From Gonapodya sp. JEL0774 (Eukaryota): a stretch of DNA of 64,000 bases. This document shows, piece by piece, positions 1 through 13,203 of the stretch. Within the stretch, counting starts at the first letter, position 1. Each line of letters opens with the position of its first letter. The notes below the pieces were generated by a model, which was not told the origin of the DNA, made no database searches, and saw nothing but the letters and a program-made list of their open reading frames with translations. Location of the stretch: contig JADIIX010000004.1 in assembly GCA_027604505.1 (NCBI GenBank), positions 248,001 to 312,000 of the forward strand, given 5' to 3'. The translations under genes were made by a program, and so were the position numbers.

Positions 1-632
1 GAATTCTATTGGTCATCCCCCGATTCTTCCCTTCCGTGCATCCCATGGACCTGGGCAGCTTCCACACAGCTCATCACAACTCTCCAATGCACAATCAGGG
101 CGTGAATAGGAATCGCTGTCAAAAAAACAGACACTGGGGAAATGAACGAGGTGACATGACAGCACCAACGACGATGAAGACACATACCAGCCACGTAGGG
201 GACAGAAGCATGTTTGCTGTGTAATTAATGATGAGACAAAAGGTGAAGGAGAGTGAGAAAGAGAGGACACAAGACATGAAACATGGCAAGTGGAGATGGG
301 GGGCAGACCATATTGGTATTGTCCGCATTTGCATTTTGCAACTGTTTGGGCTGCTAGTTTAGGGCGGTTGAACGTAGCTCAGCCAAATTAATGGCTTCTA
401 CATGCTCAAATGCCAGGATTGGTGATTGTGGGAAATGGTAAAGGGCTGTGGAGTGTTTAGAATATGTCATTCCATTGTGTCAGTACTCAGTTAAGGTGGC
501 TGGCTGGGCAAAGCATTGTAATCCAATCACTAGCTTCTAAGTGTAAACGTGAAGCTGAAATTCAGCAATTCGTAAAAAGGTTTGTAGCTGTCAATTCGGG
601 GCTTCTCCTGCATATTGACATTTAATTGTCAC

Positions 633-1660
633 ATGCCTGTGGGGAAAGAGAACATTGTCCCTGGTCCCAGACCATTCAAAACTTGGAACCACACTGACAC
701 TCCCTGAAACGTTTGTCCCACCGCTGTATTGCTACAACAGTCCATCTTCCAAAAATGGCGCAAATTGCACCAAGAAATCCAAGAAAGATGTAATGGTGGA
801 AGCAGGTGCGTAGCAGTGACTATATTCGATTCAACCACTGTCTAACCTATTGTGACCCTTCTCCTGATTGTAGCCATAAGAGACCCAGTAGCCTTTGAGG
901 CCATCATTGCGATGGCTAGACAGACAAATGTTGATGGAAGTCAGATACACTCCTTTGTCTCTCAGTTGTTGCTGTGTTCTGCTGGACTCAAAGACAGGGA
1001 ACAAGAGGTGCTAAATGTTTTATCAGCTGGTGAGAATGTGACCCACCAGGTTGATTCTGTTCTCTTTGGACGCCAAGCTTTGTGACACAGGATGTGAAGC
1101 CTTACAAACTTCGGGTCACACTGAAACCGCAACAACCTTACGGGAGCAATTCACCTCAATTATTGCAGTTCAAACAAGTCTGCAGCAGTCTGAATCAAGG
1201 GTCTCCAAACTGGTCGGTATGATCTGTGCACTTGAACAACAAGTCGCCAAATGTAACCAACAACTCCAAACAGCCCAATGTGAGCACCAAGAGAGAATTA
1301 GGACCATGCAATCCCAACACATAACTGAAAGAGATGATCTTGCTGAGCGAGTTGGGCGAATGGAACAGGAGATGACAGATTCAGCACAGCTGATGAAGGT
1401 GAAGGATGCCTGTTCTCACAAGTGACAACTGAAAGGGATGATATGGCTAAACAAATAGAGTGCATTAAACAGGATATGGCACATTAGGCACAGCTCTTGA
1501 CTGCAAAGGATGCCACATTCTCACAACTGATGACTGAAAGGCACAATATGGCTAAACAAATCAAGGGCATGGAGCAGAAGATGACAGATTCAGCACAGCT
1601 GATGAAGGTGAAGGAGGCAGCGTTGTCACATGTGACAACTGAAAGGTAAATACAAAGGAA
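633..1660 (+). pseudogene. Spliced coiled-coil repeat protein pseudogene
   Basis: ATG at 633, followed by GT-AG introns (~807-874, ~1030-1090) and heptad-like ORF 1051-1425. There is an early in-frame TGA, a 1-bp frameshift in the first 105-bp repeat and a TAG in the second repeat. Confidence 0.55.
1324..1646 (+). repeat. Three tandem ~105-bp (35-codon) repeats
   Basis: ACTGAAAG recurs at 1324, 1428, 1533 and 1638. GATGACAGATTCAGCACAGCTGATGAAGGTGAAGGA is shared by units 1 and 3. Confidence 0.85.
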
Positions 1661-4600
1661 CACGAACTACGTGCAACTTCCGGACATCCCTCTGAAGTTA
1701 TAATGAGTGCAATGAATTGCGCAGCTTCGCATACTATGCACCAGCAATGTGCCCACATTGTTCCTGGCTGCGTGAACTGGCATTTCAGACTGTTCCAGCC
1801 CTATCCAGTCCTCTCCAGAGAATCTGCTCATGTCAGCACAGTTATGATCTGTCAGTAGATAGTGGTTTGGGACAAGTAGGATGGTGTGGTTGAGCTGGAG
1901 CCAAGCTGAGGGTACTAGCATATAGCAGTCAAAGAATCACATCCCATCTGTCACAGTTTAATGTGGAAAACCTAACTGTTTTCTGTCTGGCAAACAGCAC
2001 CAACGCTCCAGTACAATCCAGCACCAATCCTGTGAAATCACTATTGAAAATGAAAGTACTGAGTCAACATGAGAAAACGACCCAAATCAAGTGCAGCATC
2101 GATGAGTGAGGGAATGACAAGAAAACAACACCCTCGGGACAGTTGCAAAGAGTGACAACAAGGATGGATGTCCTCCCAATGTGCATGTCTGAACAGCAAA
2201 AGGTGTGTGGGCAGAAAATGATTTTCAAATGGGTGCCAAGCCCCAGTGAGCGCGGAACTAAATTGATGACGTAGAAAAACATGTTTGATTTTGGTTTAGA
2301 TCACAGGGAAGCGTTTCCAAATAATACAAACGTTCTTTGCGATCACTATGAACCACTATAATACCTAAAGCCATTTTGTTTGTGCCTGGAAACCCCTCAT
2401 CTGGTGACATCAGTGCATTTAATGAGTACGTACTGTGTGCCAGAAATTGTGAGCAGAGGGGTTGCTCTTCATTCAGTGGAAAGATGAGAGAGGTAGTGGT
2501 GGCAGTTGCACCACAGCAATGATGAGATGTTTTGTCATGGCGAACAATCTATCATGTCTGGCAACCTTCTGCCAAGCGCACCAGAGCATAAATTCGAGAA
2601 ATTCAACATTGAGCCCCTCAAATTTTATGCTTACATATGCATGTAATAGCTCCCAAATGAGTGGAATTACATATTGCCAATTTGGTTTGTGCACTGGATT
2701 TGGAGGGCAGCAGAGGCACGAAGGAGGAACAATTTCATTAGAATTCCAAAAGCACCGGTGAGACACACAAAAGTTCAGGGGTCCTGTCATGAAGACTTGC
2801 GTCTGGGGTTCCAATTAGGAACCAGTTTAGCAGTTCTGTTCACTGTGGAGAGAGGTGAGATGGCCACTGGTGCATTCACTGGCGATGTGTGACCCGCCTT
2901 AAGGTCACCACTCAGACTATGGTAGCTAGAGATGCAATGTAAATATAAGAACCCAACACAACACACTGCAGTGCTATCTGTCAAACTGAAGGAAAGAATC
3001 TACGCCATGCCTACTCTTATCATCTGGTGGCAGCTAGGCCACAACCCCTAAACCCTCAAACCTCATCTACTCCTTATCACCCATGTAAACACTGACCTGG
3101 CGGTAAGCTCTATGTGGCCCTGGCAACACAATGGTGTCTATGGTATTGCAGAATGTATGTAATACATGATGAAGAGGTAAGTCACTATATCAGGAATCCA
3201 ATGTGATGTACAACAGAGTACTGCTTGAGAGTTTTGAGACGTGGCATACATATTCATAGCCATGAATATAATGACCGGACAAACAGGACAACCTGCAGCT
3301 CCGCAACTCTTGTTCTTTCAAAATATCCTGTGACAATCACATGGCAATCAATAACCAAGTATAGTAAGCACAGCAAAGCTCAGCAGCCTTCTTGGATTTC
3401 TGCACCAATAGTGCCAGTGTGGGTCTGCCATACATGTGTCAGATACTTGAGCACTGCATGTTTCAGTGAGTCCCCCTTGAAATTCAATGTGCACACGAAC
3501 CCCAGCATAAACGCTCAAACAGCAGTTGTGTTTGTGGTCTGCCAGGAAATGCATCTGGTAGCTTTTGCAAGGGATCTGAGGAATCAATGGCAGAGAACTT
3601 TGAGGGGTGGTGCACTGTCCCCAAGCCACAGCTTGGTGCATGAGCCTGCCAAAAACCCATGCCATGGTGAATGGCTTAGTCAGGATCAATGGTTTTACAA
3701 CTGAGTGATGGACCAAAACTGTTTTAACAAGTATGTGAGACATGAAGGAGCAGGTTTGCACAGTGATTTTCTCCAAAACACACTTGCTGGAAATGTGTTG
3801 CATTTCGCAAATATTTCAAAAACTCATGTCTTTATCAAACTTGACCTGACAGCACCACTATCTCTTAGCCCATTCCAATTCCTTCCACAGCTGTTGTTCT
3901 CAACCATGAGATCTGATGCGCTGGGCACTGACTGTCCCACCAAAAGGTTTTCAATGTCCCTTTCTTACATTGCCCTTAATGTATCTCACTGTAATTTTGG
4001 AGGGAGTCGAAAAATCTGTTGTGGAAGAGGGCAAGTGGGGGACGAGGGAGGAGGATGCATGGATGACAGCGCACTTTTGTGAGCTTCATTGTGCCATTCA
4101 CGTTATCATGATTCATGAGCCAACTAGAAGGTGTGTGCAGTTGGCTAAATTCAAGGTTTCTGTCTTTTCTCACAACATAACAGATGTATTCCACATGCCG
4201 TGGTGAGGAATTGTGGGTGAGAAGGAGAGTGTGTGTGGGACTTTTCTTTTAGAAAGTAGCACCTTGCAAATATGTGAATTGGGTGTCACAGCTCTGGTGT
4301 AACAAAGAGGTTGTTACATGCAGGTGGCCAGCTGAACTTTTATTGGGGTATTCATTATTCTCGCATTAGCTTAGGCGTCAGTGCTTTGCACTGGCTGATT
4401 GGTTGTGCAAGGGTTCGGTGTTTAGTGACTTCGGTGTCAGTGTCTTCCCTGCCAATCATGGCAACGCATTTCCGAGTTGCAGATGGGACCATGCAGTCCA
4501 GTGAGATATAGGGAAGCGGGCTTCAGGACAGAATAGAAATGGGTAAGCAACCGCAGGACTGCATTTACAACCAATGGGAAGAACATGTGTTTGATGCAGG

Positions 4601-5024
4601 ATTCGATTCCCAAGTGTAAAATAAGGTGTGTTGAGTGTATGACTGCAGTAGGTGCAGAAATTTTTCGTCGCGTGAGATTTGTACTGTGAAGTGGGGTGTG
4701 TGCCCTTTTGGTGGAAGCCGACTGGAAGGGTCTTTTGATGACATTCATCATACCCTGATTGTGAAGTCATCGTATTATTGGCTCAACTGCTCATTCTGCC
4801 GGCCCTTGAGAATCGACCTACCGATCCCCTTGGCAAGCTTTTTTCAGCCATCAGCTGCTTCTCCCTGGCCTGTTACGGCCCAATAGGCGGACCAGCTCGG
4901 ATTGTTTGACGTCCACACTTGTAATCTTGAACAGAGTTGTTGGTCTTTTTCAATTCGGGCTGAATGGCCTAAAGCGTCTCATGTTGCAGATGGCCTTTTG
5001 AATCAACTATATAGTTCTTTCCAA

Positions 5025-7279
5025 ATGACAGACCCCGATATCTTGACCGCGGTTTCCGCGTTGCGACAGGGTAAGTGAGGAGGAGTCTTCTAGCAGATTC
5101 CATTGGGTAAATATGTGCGATTGATAGTTGAATAGTCTAATACTGTACTTGGACTCGTAGCACTCTTCCTTCCAACCAATCCGTCTCAAGAAGTTCAGGC
5201 CTTCGAGGCGATACGAAAGTCACTCTCGCACGTTGTTGAATTACAAGGTGGGAGTTACTGTAGGTGCCCTCTTCTCGATCTCAAGATGTCCGCGTCCTTA
5301 CGACATGCAAGTGTTTGGTGTGGCTGCCTCTGACAGGAGATAATCCAATTATTCATCCCACTCTACCCTTGGAGGATCGGTTGATTCGACTCCGCAGCTG
5401 GCTATCTGAAAATGGCTTCGAGGGTCTTGATAAGTTCAATTTTGTTGCAGGACTGCCTGAAGGTACGGGTGTCGTTGCTAAAGTTGATATTCAGGTAGGA
5501 CACTGCTTGAGCTGGATTCACGATATAGGTTTTTGAAATTCCGCTACTTTCATTATTTTACTGTTTCCGGAAACAGCCCGGTGAAACGTTATGTCGAGTC
5601 CCGGCGAACCTCATCATGACCACAGAGACTGCACGCGAGCACCCCGCATTCAGTGAGTTCTTTCTGTATCTTGGACATGCCTTTGCAGCAGATCAACTTG
5701 GCTTGGCTGGTGCAGAGTCTCTTATCCTCACCGGGTATCCGCCTCTTCGAGCAATTCCTCCACTCTTGCTTGCGCTCTTCCTACTGTACGAGAGCCTTAC
5801 ATCCCCGCCGGAGACCCCATCTTTTTGGAAACCTTACATCGATACTCTGCCCAGAGAATTTGGTATTCCCTTGCATTGGGAAGATGCCGAGTGGGTTGAA
5901 TTACAAGGGACAAGTATGATGAGTGAGTTTCAGCAGTTGGAAGTCTGCTTGGAATTAGCGGCATCTTTTGTGATGAAGTGAAGCGCACTTACCTCGATGG
6001 GACGAAGCAAGAAAACCCTGCTTCTTTGTTCTCATGCGGAGAACGTCGTTCTCATTCGTGTATTCTTTCTCACTTGTGACATGATTCCTGTCGTTTTTCA
6101 CTTGCCAGTGAAAGCCATTGCTGACTATCGCACGTATCTACGACATTATGTGACATTATACGAGGTTTTTTCGGTGGGCCTACCTTGCCTTGACGGGGGA
6201 ACGAATTCACAAGTGCTAATACCTCAAGCCCAGCGGTCGCAATACTCTCTCATTCCTCCACATCTGTTTACTTGGCGTCTCTTCCGATGGGCGGTCTCTG
6301 CGGTCTTAACGCGACAAAACACCATACCCTTGCGATTGGAGGCGGTGTCGAAAGGATCGAAAGGCAACATCCAGTCAGCGCAACCAGAGCTTGCTTGGTG
6401 TCTAATTCCTGGTTTTGACATGTTTAATCATGCAGAGGGCAAGGTGAGTAGGTTGTGAGCTACCAGAACAGTTGTTCTAGAATTTAAGTATATACCTCCT
6501 GCTCCAGATATCTACATATTACCAGCCAGATGCTCAATCAAATGTCACCATTGCACCGCGTGCAGTGAAGAAGGGTGATCAGGTACGGGATTGTTTGAAC
6601 GCGGATTTTAGTAGAGCCACGGAAGCACCTACGAACCACTTGCACCGCTCCACAGATATACCTTTCGTACGGAAATCGGTCAAACTTTGAAAATCTCATG
6701 GTGACGGGCTTCACCACATACCCGGAGACTCTGCCGTCAGATCTCGTTCGTCTTCGCCTAGCCTTCCCTTCTTCTCCAGTCTCCTCAGATCCACAAGAAC
6801 GTCTCGCTCATAGTCGCCGACGAACCTTGCTTGAAGCTTCAGGATTTGCTGAAGGGTCCTTCTTCGTCGACCTGCACCGACCCCCCTTGAGTGAACGATC
6901 CAGCAAACTCATGGCCTTCCTCCGCATTTTTGTTTCCAACAAAGAAGAGCTGGAAAAATTGAACTTGTCCCGCGGTGCGAACGGTGACAGGGTCCGAACA
7001 GTGGCTCAACGCATTTCCGCAGTGGGTGGCCTCGGTCCAGACAATGAACGACGTGTACTTGAGTGGATAAGAGGGCGACTCCTATTGCTCAGTCGAGGCT
7101 GGACCACGACTGCCGCTGATGATTCACGTTGCCTGGAAGAGCTTGAAGCCGTACCCCTGGTGGAGAGGGATCGGGCATGGCGTGCCGTTCGAGACATTAT
7201 ATTCGTCAGACGAACAGAAAAGGAAGTGGTCGATGAGATTGCGAAAGAGGTGGAATACATACTCAGTGCGAAAGGTTGA
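5025..7279 (+). CDS. SETD3: SET-domain methyltransferase, SETD3-like (actin-histidine methyltransferase / Rubisco LSMT family); multi-exon
   Basis: Spliced motifs SFWKPYIDTLP, FRWAVSAVLTRQN, LIPGFDMFNH and DQIYLSYGNRSN, plus a C-terminal Rubisco-LSMT substrate-binding-like region. GT-AG introns were found. Confidence 0.75.
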
Positions 7280-7456
7280 TGTATATGATAGTAATAAATA
7301 CTACGTGATTCAAGAATACGAATTTGATATCACAGACTATTGCAAAGATGATTGGCGGATATGCGCTGATCGTGTTCCAAAGGCGTCTCGTAAGTATTGA
7401 TCTGTCAAGTTGGCTGTGATGCAGCTGTGGAACCGGATGTCATAGCTGGTGACTTA

Positions 7457-8834
7457 TCAATCCCGACTCCAATCGCTAGCTCCCACGATTGGATACCAGC
7501 TTGAGTCACTCCTGCCATGTCGATGAGGGGCAGATGCTTTGAATGATTTGCGATCGAGGAGTGCATTCGTTACTGTCCGTTCCATCATGAAGTTCCGAAT
7601 TGCGTGGAGAATGCATACCTTCTCAACCCCCACAAGTGCATCTTCTTTTGAGGACGCATCCTCGAGTGCCCGTCGGACCGAAATGAGTAGAGCAGTGGCG
7701 ACGTGTGACAATATCAGAACCTGGCCTCCTAGAAGAATATCCCAGATACTGAGGAGAATGCAGACTGCTTCTCACTTGAAGAGCCTATCATGGAAAACTA
7801 TGCGCACTTACCGTTCTAGACAGTCTGGTGGCATTATGGAGGAGAAGTATGAGTGGAACCAACTGGACGTGAAGAACGCAATAGCGAGAGTTATTCGGTC
7901 AATCAGTCGCAAGTAGATAGCGGTAGTCTTGCTTCATGCTCTCAGAGCGGCAGGGAACCAACCTCCCGGAGATTTCTTCCAATCGAACCCCAAGCGCCTT
8001 CAACCGACTCAAGACTTGGACGCCTTGCTGACTCTGCAGGAGCAATCGATCCATCCGCACAATGTGGGGCCTAATGGTCATGTCCCGCTGAGGATTCATC
8101 GCCACCTTGAGCACGTCCGGTTGATTGCTCAGAAGGAAGTGAGAAAATAGCCAGTATGCTTCCTCATTCTGCCGATCAGCTACGAGGAGAAGAGCACGTG
8201 CCAGATGCAAAAGGTGGATTAGTGCAGGGTGATGGGATGAAAGGGAAGTCGGCTTGAAATATTACGATAACAGAGTGGAACAAGTCAGATTGCCTCGAAG
8301 AAGTGAAGTGGCGATCCTCACCTTCCCGAATCGGTGTGGCTGTTTAAGATTGCATTGAAGAATGAACATGTTGACCATTATTTGTTCTTCGGATTCCTCT
8401 CTGCATGGGAGAGAAGATTCATGAGCATTCGCTAACACTCTGGCGAACACCAAATCACCTCTCTTTGGAAGGAAAAGCCAATAAAGCAGCCCTTCTCAAC
8501 ATGACGTATTGATCCAGCTTTTGGTTTTGCACGAAAGGCCAGAGTTCTCGAATGATTGGAGTGACACCTAACAGATTTCATTGATTGCGATGAGTATGCA
8601 TGCGCGAAGCGCAGACAGGCGACGATGCCTTGAATCCGTTCCATTTTCATTACCTAGGAGTGCTTTCCACACCGTAACTCGGTAGATATGGGGAATACGC
8701 ACCCACAGGCACAGCTTCTGAAGCATATCGACGTCAAGCACCTCATATGCTAGGGCGGATTCGACCTTCGGGAGAGCTTCCACAACCTGCACACCAAGAG
8801 AGCCATAGTAAGCCTTCCGGACGTCCCGGTTCAT
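7457..8834 (-). CDS. TBC1D7: TBC1 domain family member 7-like protein (TSC complex subunit); multi-exon
   Basis: N-terminus MNRDVRKAYYGSLG...LQKLCLWVRIPHIYRVTVWKALLGVTP resembles the TBC1D7 N-terminus (YYEKVG...YRALVWKVLLG). EEAYWLFSHF occurs later. Confidence 0.75.
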
Positions 8835-8976
8835 GGACAAAGGAAATGCGTGGACGCCACTGTACCCGGATTGTGTTGCAATTTTGATGATTTTACACAT
8901 CCACCATTCCCTTCTCTTCCAATTCTTTCAAAAGCATGTCTGTATCTTTATACATGAAAGGAGGGGCACGGTATCT

Positions 8977-11900
8977 TCAGCTCTGTCCCCAATAACCTGT
9001 CCCACGACCACCATATCCACCAGATTGGTGGTGCCCGTAACTTGGGTAGCCTTGTGGGAACTGCCCCGCCCCAGCAGTCGTAAAGTAAGCTTGTCCCATT
9101 CCGCTCATGTTTTGCTGCTGGGAGCCTTGGGAGGCTCCCGACGGTAACTGGTAACCCGAGGGAGGCGTCTTGTGGGAGTCATAGTTCTACCGGAACGAAG
9201 ATATTCGTGTCGTCTCTGTCAAGGAAGATTGCTAAACTGACTCTAATCGGACTCACTTTCCCATAGCCTTGTTGCCCAGCGATACCTCCTAGGTTTCCTG
9301 GTGGGCCTTGCTTCCCGCCCATGGCCACACTCCCATCTTGCAGATTCGCAGAAAATCCAGCGAATCCCGCCGGCATTCCCATACCATAGACCGTTTTCCC
9401 GTATTCACTCAATTGGGACACGGCATGTCCACCCAACCCGCCGGCTTGGGCGTCCTGGCCACCGTAGGGAAATAGGTTTCCCCCATAACCGTACTGAGAG
9501 TTCCCTTGTTGTGGTGCCTTGGAGATACCATGTTGGGATACCTGCTGCTGTTGCGGGAGAAGATTGTGACCAGTTGCAGGTGAAGCACCACCACTGTGCC
9601 CACTTCCTTGGCCAGAGGATTGTTGCGGCATCTGCCCCATCGCTCCGTACATCGCTGGGTACAAGTTTCGTTGCGCGTATTGTGGTGCCGCGGCAAACTG
9701 GCCCATCGGGTATCCGTACGGATAATAAGCGTAGGGCATGCCCATGTTGGGGTAACCAGCTTGCGCGCCTGGGGCAGCAGGGGTTGGATTTTGCTGTGGT
9801 GCTACCGTGGCGACGGTCGAGGACGGTTGCTGTTGCTGTTGTAGTTGCTGCATTGCCGCCTGCATGTCATTCTGGGCTGGATACTTTGGGTTCTCCCGAC
9901 TTGCAGCGGAATGTCCAACTGCAGAACCAGAGGTTGTCTGGCCAAAGCCCGGTGTACCGGAAGCTTGAGCTTGCGCATTGTAAACTGATTGCGGGTCATA
10001 GTATCCCTGAAACACCAACAATCATTACAGATAACTTATGATTTGCACTCAACTCGATCCTCACAAAGAAAAGCTTACCATTAATCCTCGAGCCGGCTCA
10101 ACTCCCTGCTGTCCCAGTCCACCGTAAATTGCGTAATCTCCCCACCCCATCCCTTGGAACGCTTGCCAGCTGGGCAGAGCGCTCTGCTGCATACCAGTGG
10201 CTGCTGGAGCTGGATTATCACCCCATGCTTGAGGGCCCGAAGCACCATTTTGACCCTGCTGCCGTTGCGTTGTCGTGGGCATGGTGGGCGCGGGATTCGG
10301 CGCAGCGACAGGAACAGGGCTCAATTGTGGTGCGGATGGGGTCGTGGTTGCGGACAGGAGCTGGGAAATGGGAGTAGATGCAGTGATTGCTGCAACAGGT
10401 TGGGAGTGAGCAGCAGGCGCGGGAATATGGTGTACGGGTTCTTCCATCACGGCTAAAGAGCTTCTGCCATCAAAAATTGCAAAGAAAGGCACAGCTCGAT
10501 GAGTAAATCCTGCACAACGTCATCTCGCCGAAGTGTATCGGAAGCTCACTCTTCTGGAGCTCCTTCGAACGCTGATGTCGGAACTACAACGCCAGCCTCG
10601 ACTTTCTCGTGCAGTTCTGCAACATGCTCTGAAGGTTGAACCACCGGAGTTATCACAGTTTCCGATGGGACACCCTTTGCTGGACTCGCTGCTCTCGTTT
10701 GTGGTGCGTTTGCTGTTGGGGGAGGGGTAGGTGCCGTTTTACGGGGAGCTGCAGGAGGAGTTTGAGGAGGGGCTGTCGGAGGAGGCGAAACAGAACTTGG
10801 GGCCAGAGTTGACATCTGCTGCTGCTGTTGTTGACCGGGCACCCTTCGAGGGGTTTCTTGCGCATCGACGGTCCCGAACTTAACACCCACCCCGACACTA
10901 GCAAGTTTTTCTGCCAGATCTGGTACGGGCATGACCACCGCAACGTCCTGCTTTAAAGCTTTGCGAGGTTGAGAGGCAGCAGTAGCACCACCAATGAAAG
11001 GTACAGCGGAGACTGAAGGTTGCGGTCCGGGGGTTGGGGCAGATGCAACCGCCTTGGTCGATGGTGGGGCAGGCGGTTGGGGTGGCTTGAGTCCAGGTGG
11101 GGGTCTCTTGGCTTCCGTACCATCCTTGGCAGGTAACGTGGTGACTGGCGACGCATTGGCACCTTCTAGTGGCTTTACTGGCGGTGCAATGACTTTCGAC
11201 GCAGGTTTGGACTGGTCTTGGATCTTGGAGGGAGGTTGCGGTTGCGGTTTTGGTGGTTCCACAGGAGGGGGTGGAGCAGGTCTGTGAACGTGGGATGCGG
11301 CGACTTCAAAATCCTGAGCGATCTAACCTCCCGAACAAAATCTTACTTCACAATTGCCGCCCAGCTGGTGGGTTTCACTTTGGCGGGGGCCACTCCAACG
11401 GAAACACCACCAGTGATCGGTACAGCTATACTTTTGGCAGGAGGTTTTACAGGGGAAGCCCTCTGTGCTGGCTCTGGTGCTACTGTAGATTCTGGGACGA
11501 TCGGATCACCCCACCCGTTTGTGGAGCCTTGCGGGGGATCAACGACGCTATCATCACCCCATCCACCGGTCACCTCGGTGGAATGGTCTTCTTGGAGAGC
11601 TACCTCACCCCAAGGGACACCCGTGGCGGCAGCGAGGGCAACGTCGGAAGGACCGTCACTAGGGCTTCCGTCCGAGGGGACATCGGGTGATGAGGAAGGT
11701 TTTGAGCGTACTACAACCGAGATTGTTGGCACGGATGGTGCCAAAGAAGAAGACATTTAACAATTTGTAAGCATCGTTGAAACACAACCACAGTAGCGCA
11801 CCTGTGCCGGTGTAGCCTCCGCGGCCTCCACCTCTTCCACCACGGCCCGCTCGTCCAGCGACACCACCTTGGTCGTTCGCAAAAGACGCGCCGGCAGTCC

Positions 11901-12483
11901 ATTAGCATTATCGAGCATAAACAAAGGACTGGGCGAGACTCGTTACCTCCTCTGCTGCCTCGATATCCGCCTCGGGGCGCCAACCCGCCTCTCGCAGTGG
12001 TACCCAGCGCAATATCGCCATTTGTCTTCATTGCCCCATTTTGTTGCCCCAAAGGTCCTGCGGCGTGAGGCTGCGAAGATGAGGTAGCAGCTTTGTGATC
12101 CTTCTTTACTTCACGCCACATTCCAGCGTGACCTGAAAGTTTCCGGAGGTTGAAGAATTGTAATTAAAAGGGAGGAAGTCTCCCTTCGGGGTCGCAACAC
12201 GCTGCGAGGCATCCAAACCTTGGGAGATTCTCTCGATAGCCGCATCCATATCGAATTCGACCTCTTGGAACACCATTATCAGACTGTCCTCATCCCATTC
12301 CGGGTAGAAAAGCTCTTTGAGCGACTTGAGCTCATGCGCATACTTGTGTTTTGTTGAGACAAGAGGGTTGGCTTTAGGAACGGAATGGGTTGGGTGCCAC
12401 TCGGCAGGTACCGCTCACAAAGCAGTAGTAACAACGAAAGAGCTACACCCACAAGCTAATTGTGATTTTGCGGTATCCGTCAT
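8977..12483 (-). CDS. Def1/UBAP2-like protein: N-terminal CUE/UBA-like domain, RGG region, Pro-rich and Gln/Gly/Tyr-rich low-complexity C-terminus
   Basis: Exon 2 reads YAHELKSLKELFYPEWDEDSLIMVFQEVEFDMDAAIERISQGHAGMWREVKK. Also present are RGG repeats, a SWAAIVK motif, a VVMP...VKFG motif and a Q/G/Y-rich tail ending GYWGQS*. Confidence 0.7.
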
Positions 12484-13203
12484 TGCAGTTCCGGTCTGGG
12501 AAACTATGGGGAAGGTTTGTTTCGATTTCGGCCCTTTGATTCAGCCTCTGAGGCAACAGTGGAGAAATGAAACACACAGCAAAAATATAGAAGAGATCCA
12601 AGGACCAAGTGAATAGGATTGTCGAAGGGAGAGAGACGGAGTGTATCCGCAATGAACAAGAGGATTCCTGCGGGCGCGAGCGAATCCGACTGGAAGGGGG
12701 CGAGCTGGCAGGCGAATGACCAAAGACGATGGTGTACCAAATCCAAAGCATGTACAGGTCGGTCAGTGGACGAAGCAGTGGAGGAAGGAAAGAGTGGGCC
12801 AGCAGGGAGCGTTTAGGACGTTTGCCAGCAGTGGGTTTCGGTAATCAACCCCAGGCTAAATCTTTCTCCGTCCACTGTCATATTCATTGACGCCGTACCT
12901 TCCAGAAAATCGAACACAGCGGGTGTTGGAGAGAAATTGACTGGGTGGGTTGGGAGTCAGACTCTTTGCATCACTCTACACCTTCGGTCAGGTGCAAGGG
13001 CACAAACGGCCATCGTGTTCTTAATAGGAATACAACACGATTGAGAAAATGAATGAGGCTTTGGTGAATGCAGAAGATTGCGTTTTCATGTGCGAAACCT
13101 CGTTTTACTCGTCGCGATGAATTAAGAACTTTATATGTACCAATCCCAATTTAGCTCCTCTTCGCCAGCACCACGTCGCCCTGCACCAACTCGAAACAGC
13201 ACA

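Larger units (their letters stand above)
1..4750. other. CpG-depleted, TpG/CpA-rich decayed region (old repeat or pseudogene block)
   Basis: By eye, CG dinucleotides are much rarer here (many 60-nt lines have 0-1) than in the downstream genes. Only short broken ORFs are present, with no recognisable domain. Confidence 0.6.

Noticed and set aside
633..720. In-frame TGA as a selenocysteine or readthrough codon
   Set aside because: It lies in a CpG-eroded region with further frameshifts and stops. I recognised no selenoprotein motif or SECIS.
3043..3064. Telomere-like AACCCCTAAACCCTCAAACCTC
   Set aside because: Only 2-3 degenerate units; compatible with chance.
2064..4206. Possible transposase or effector ORFs in the decayed block
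   Set aside because: No DDE, RT, integrase or other motif was recognisable, and the frames are repeatedly broken.
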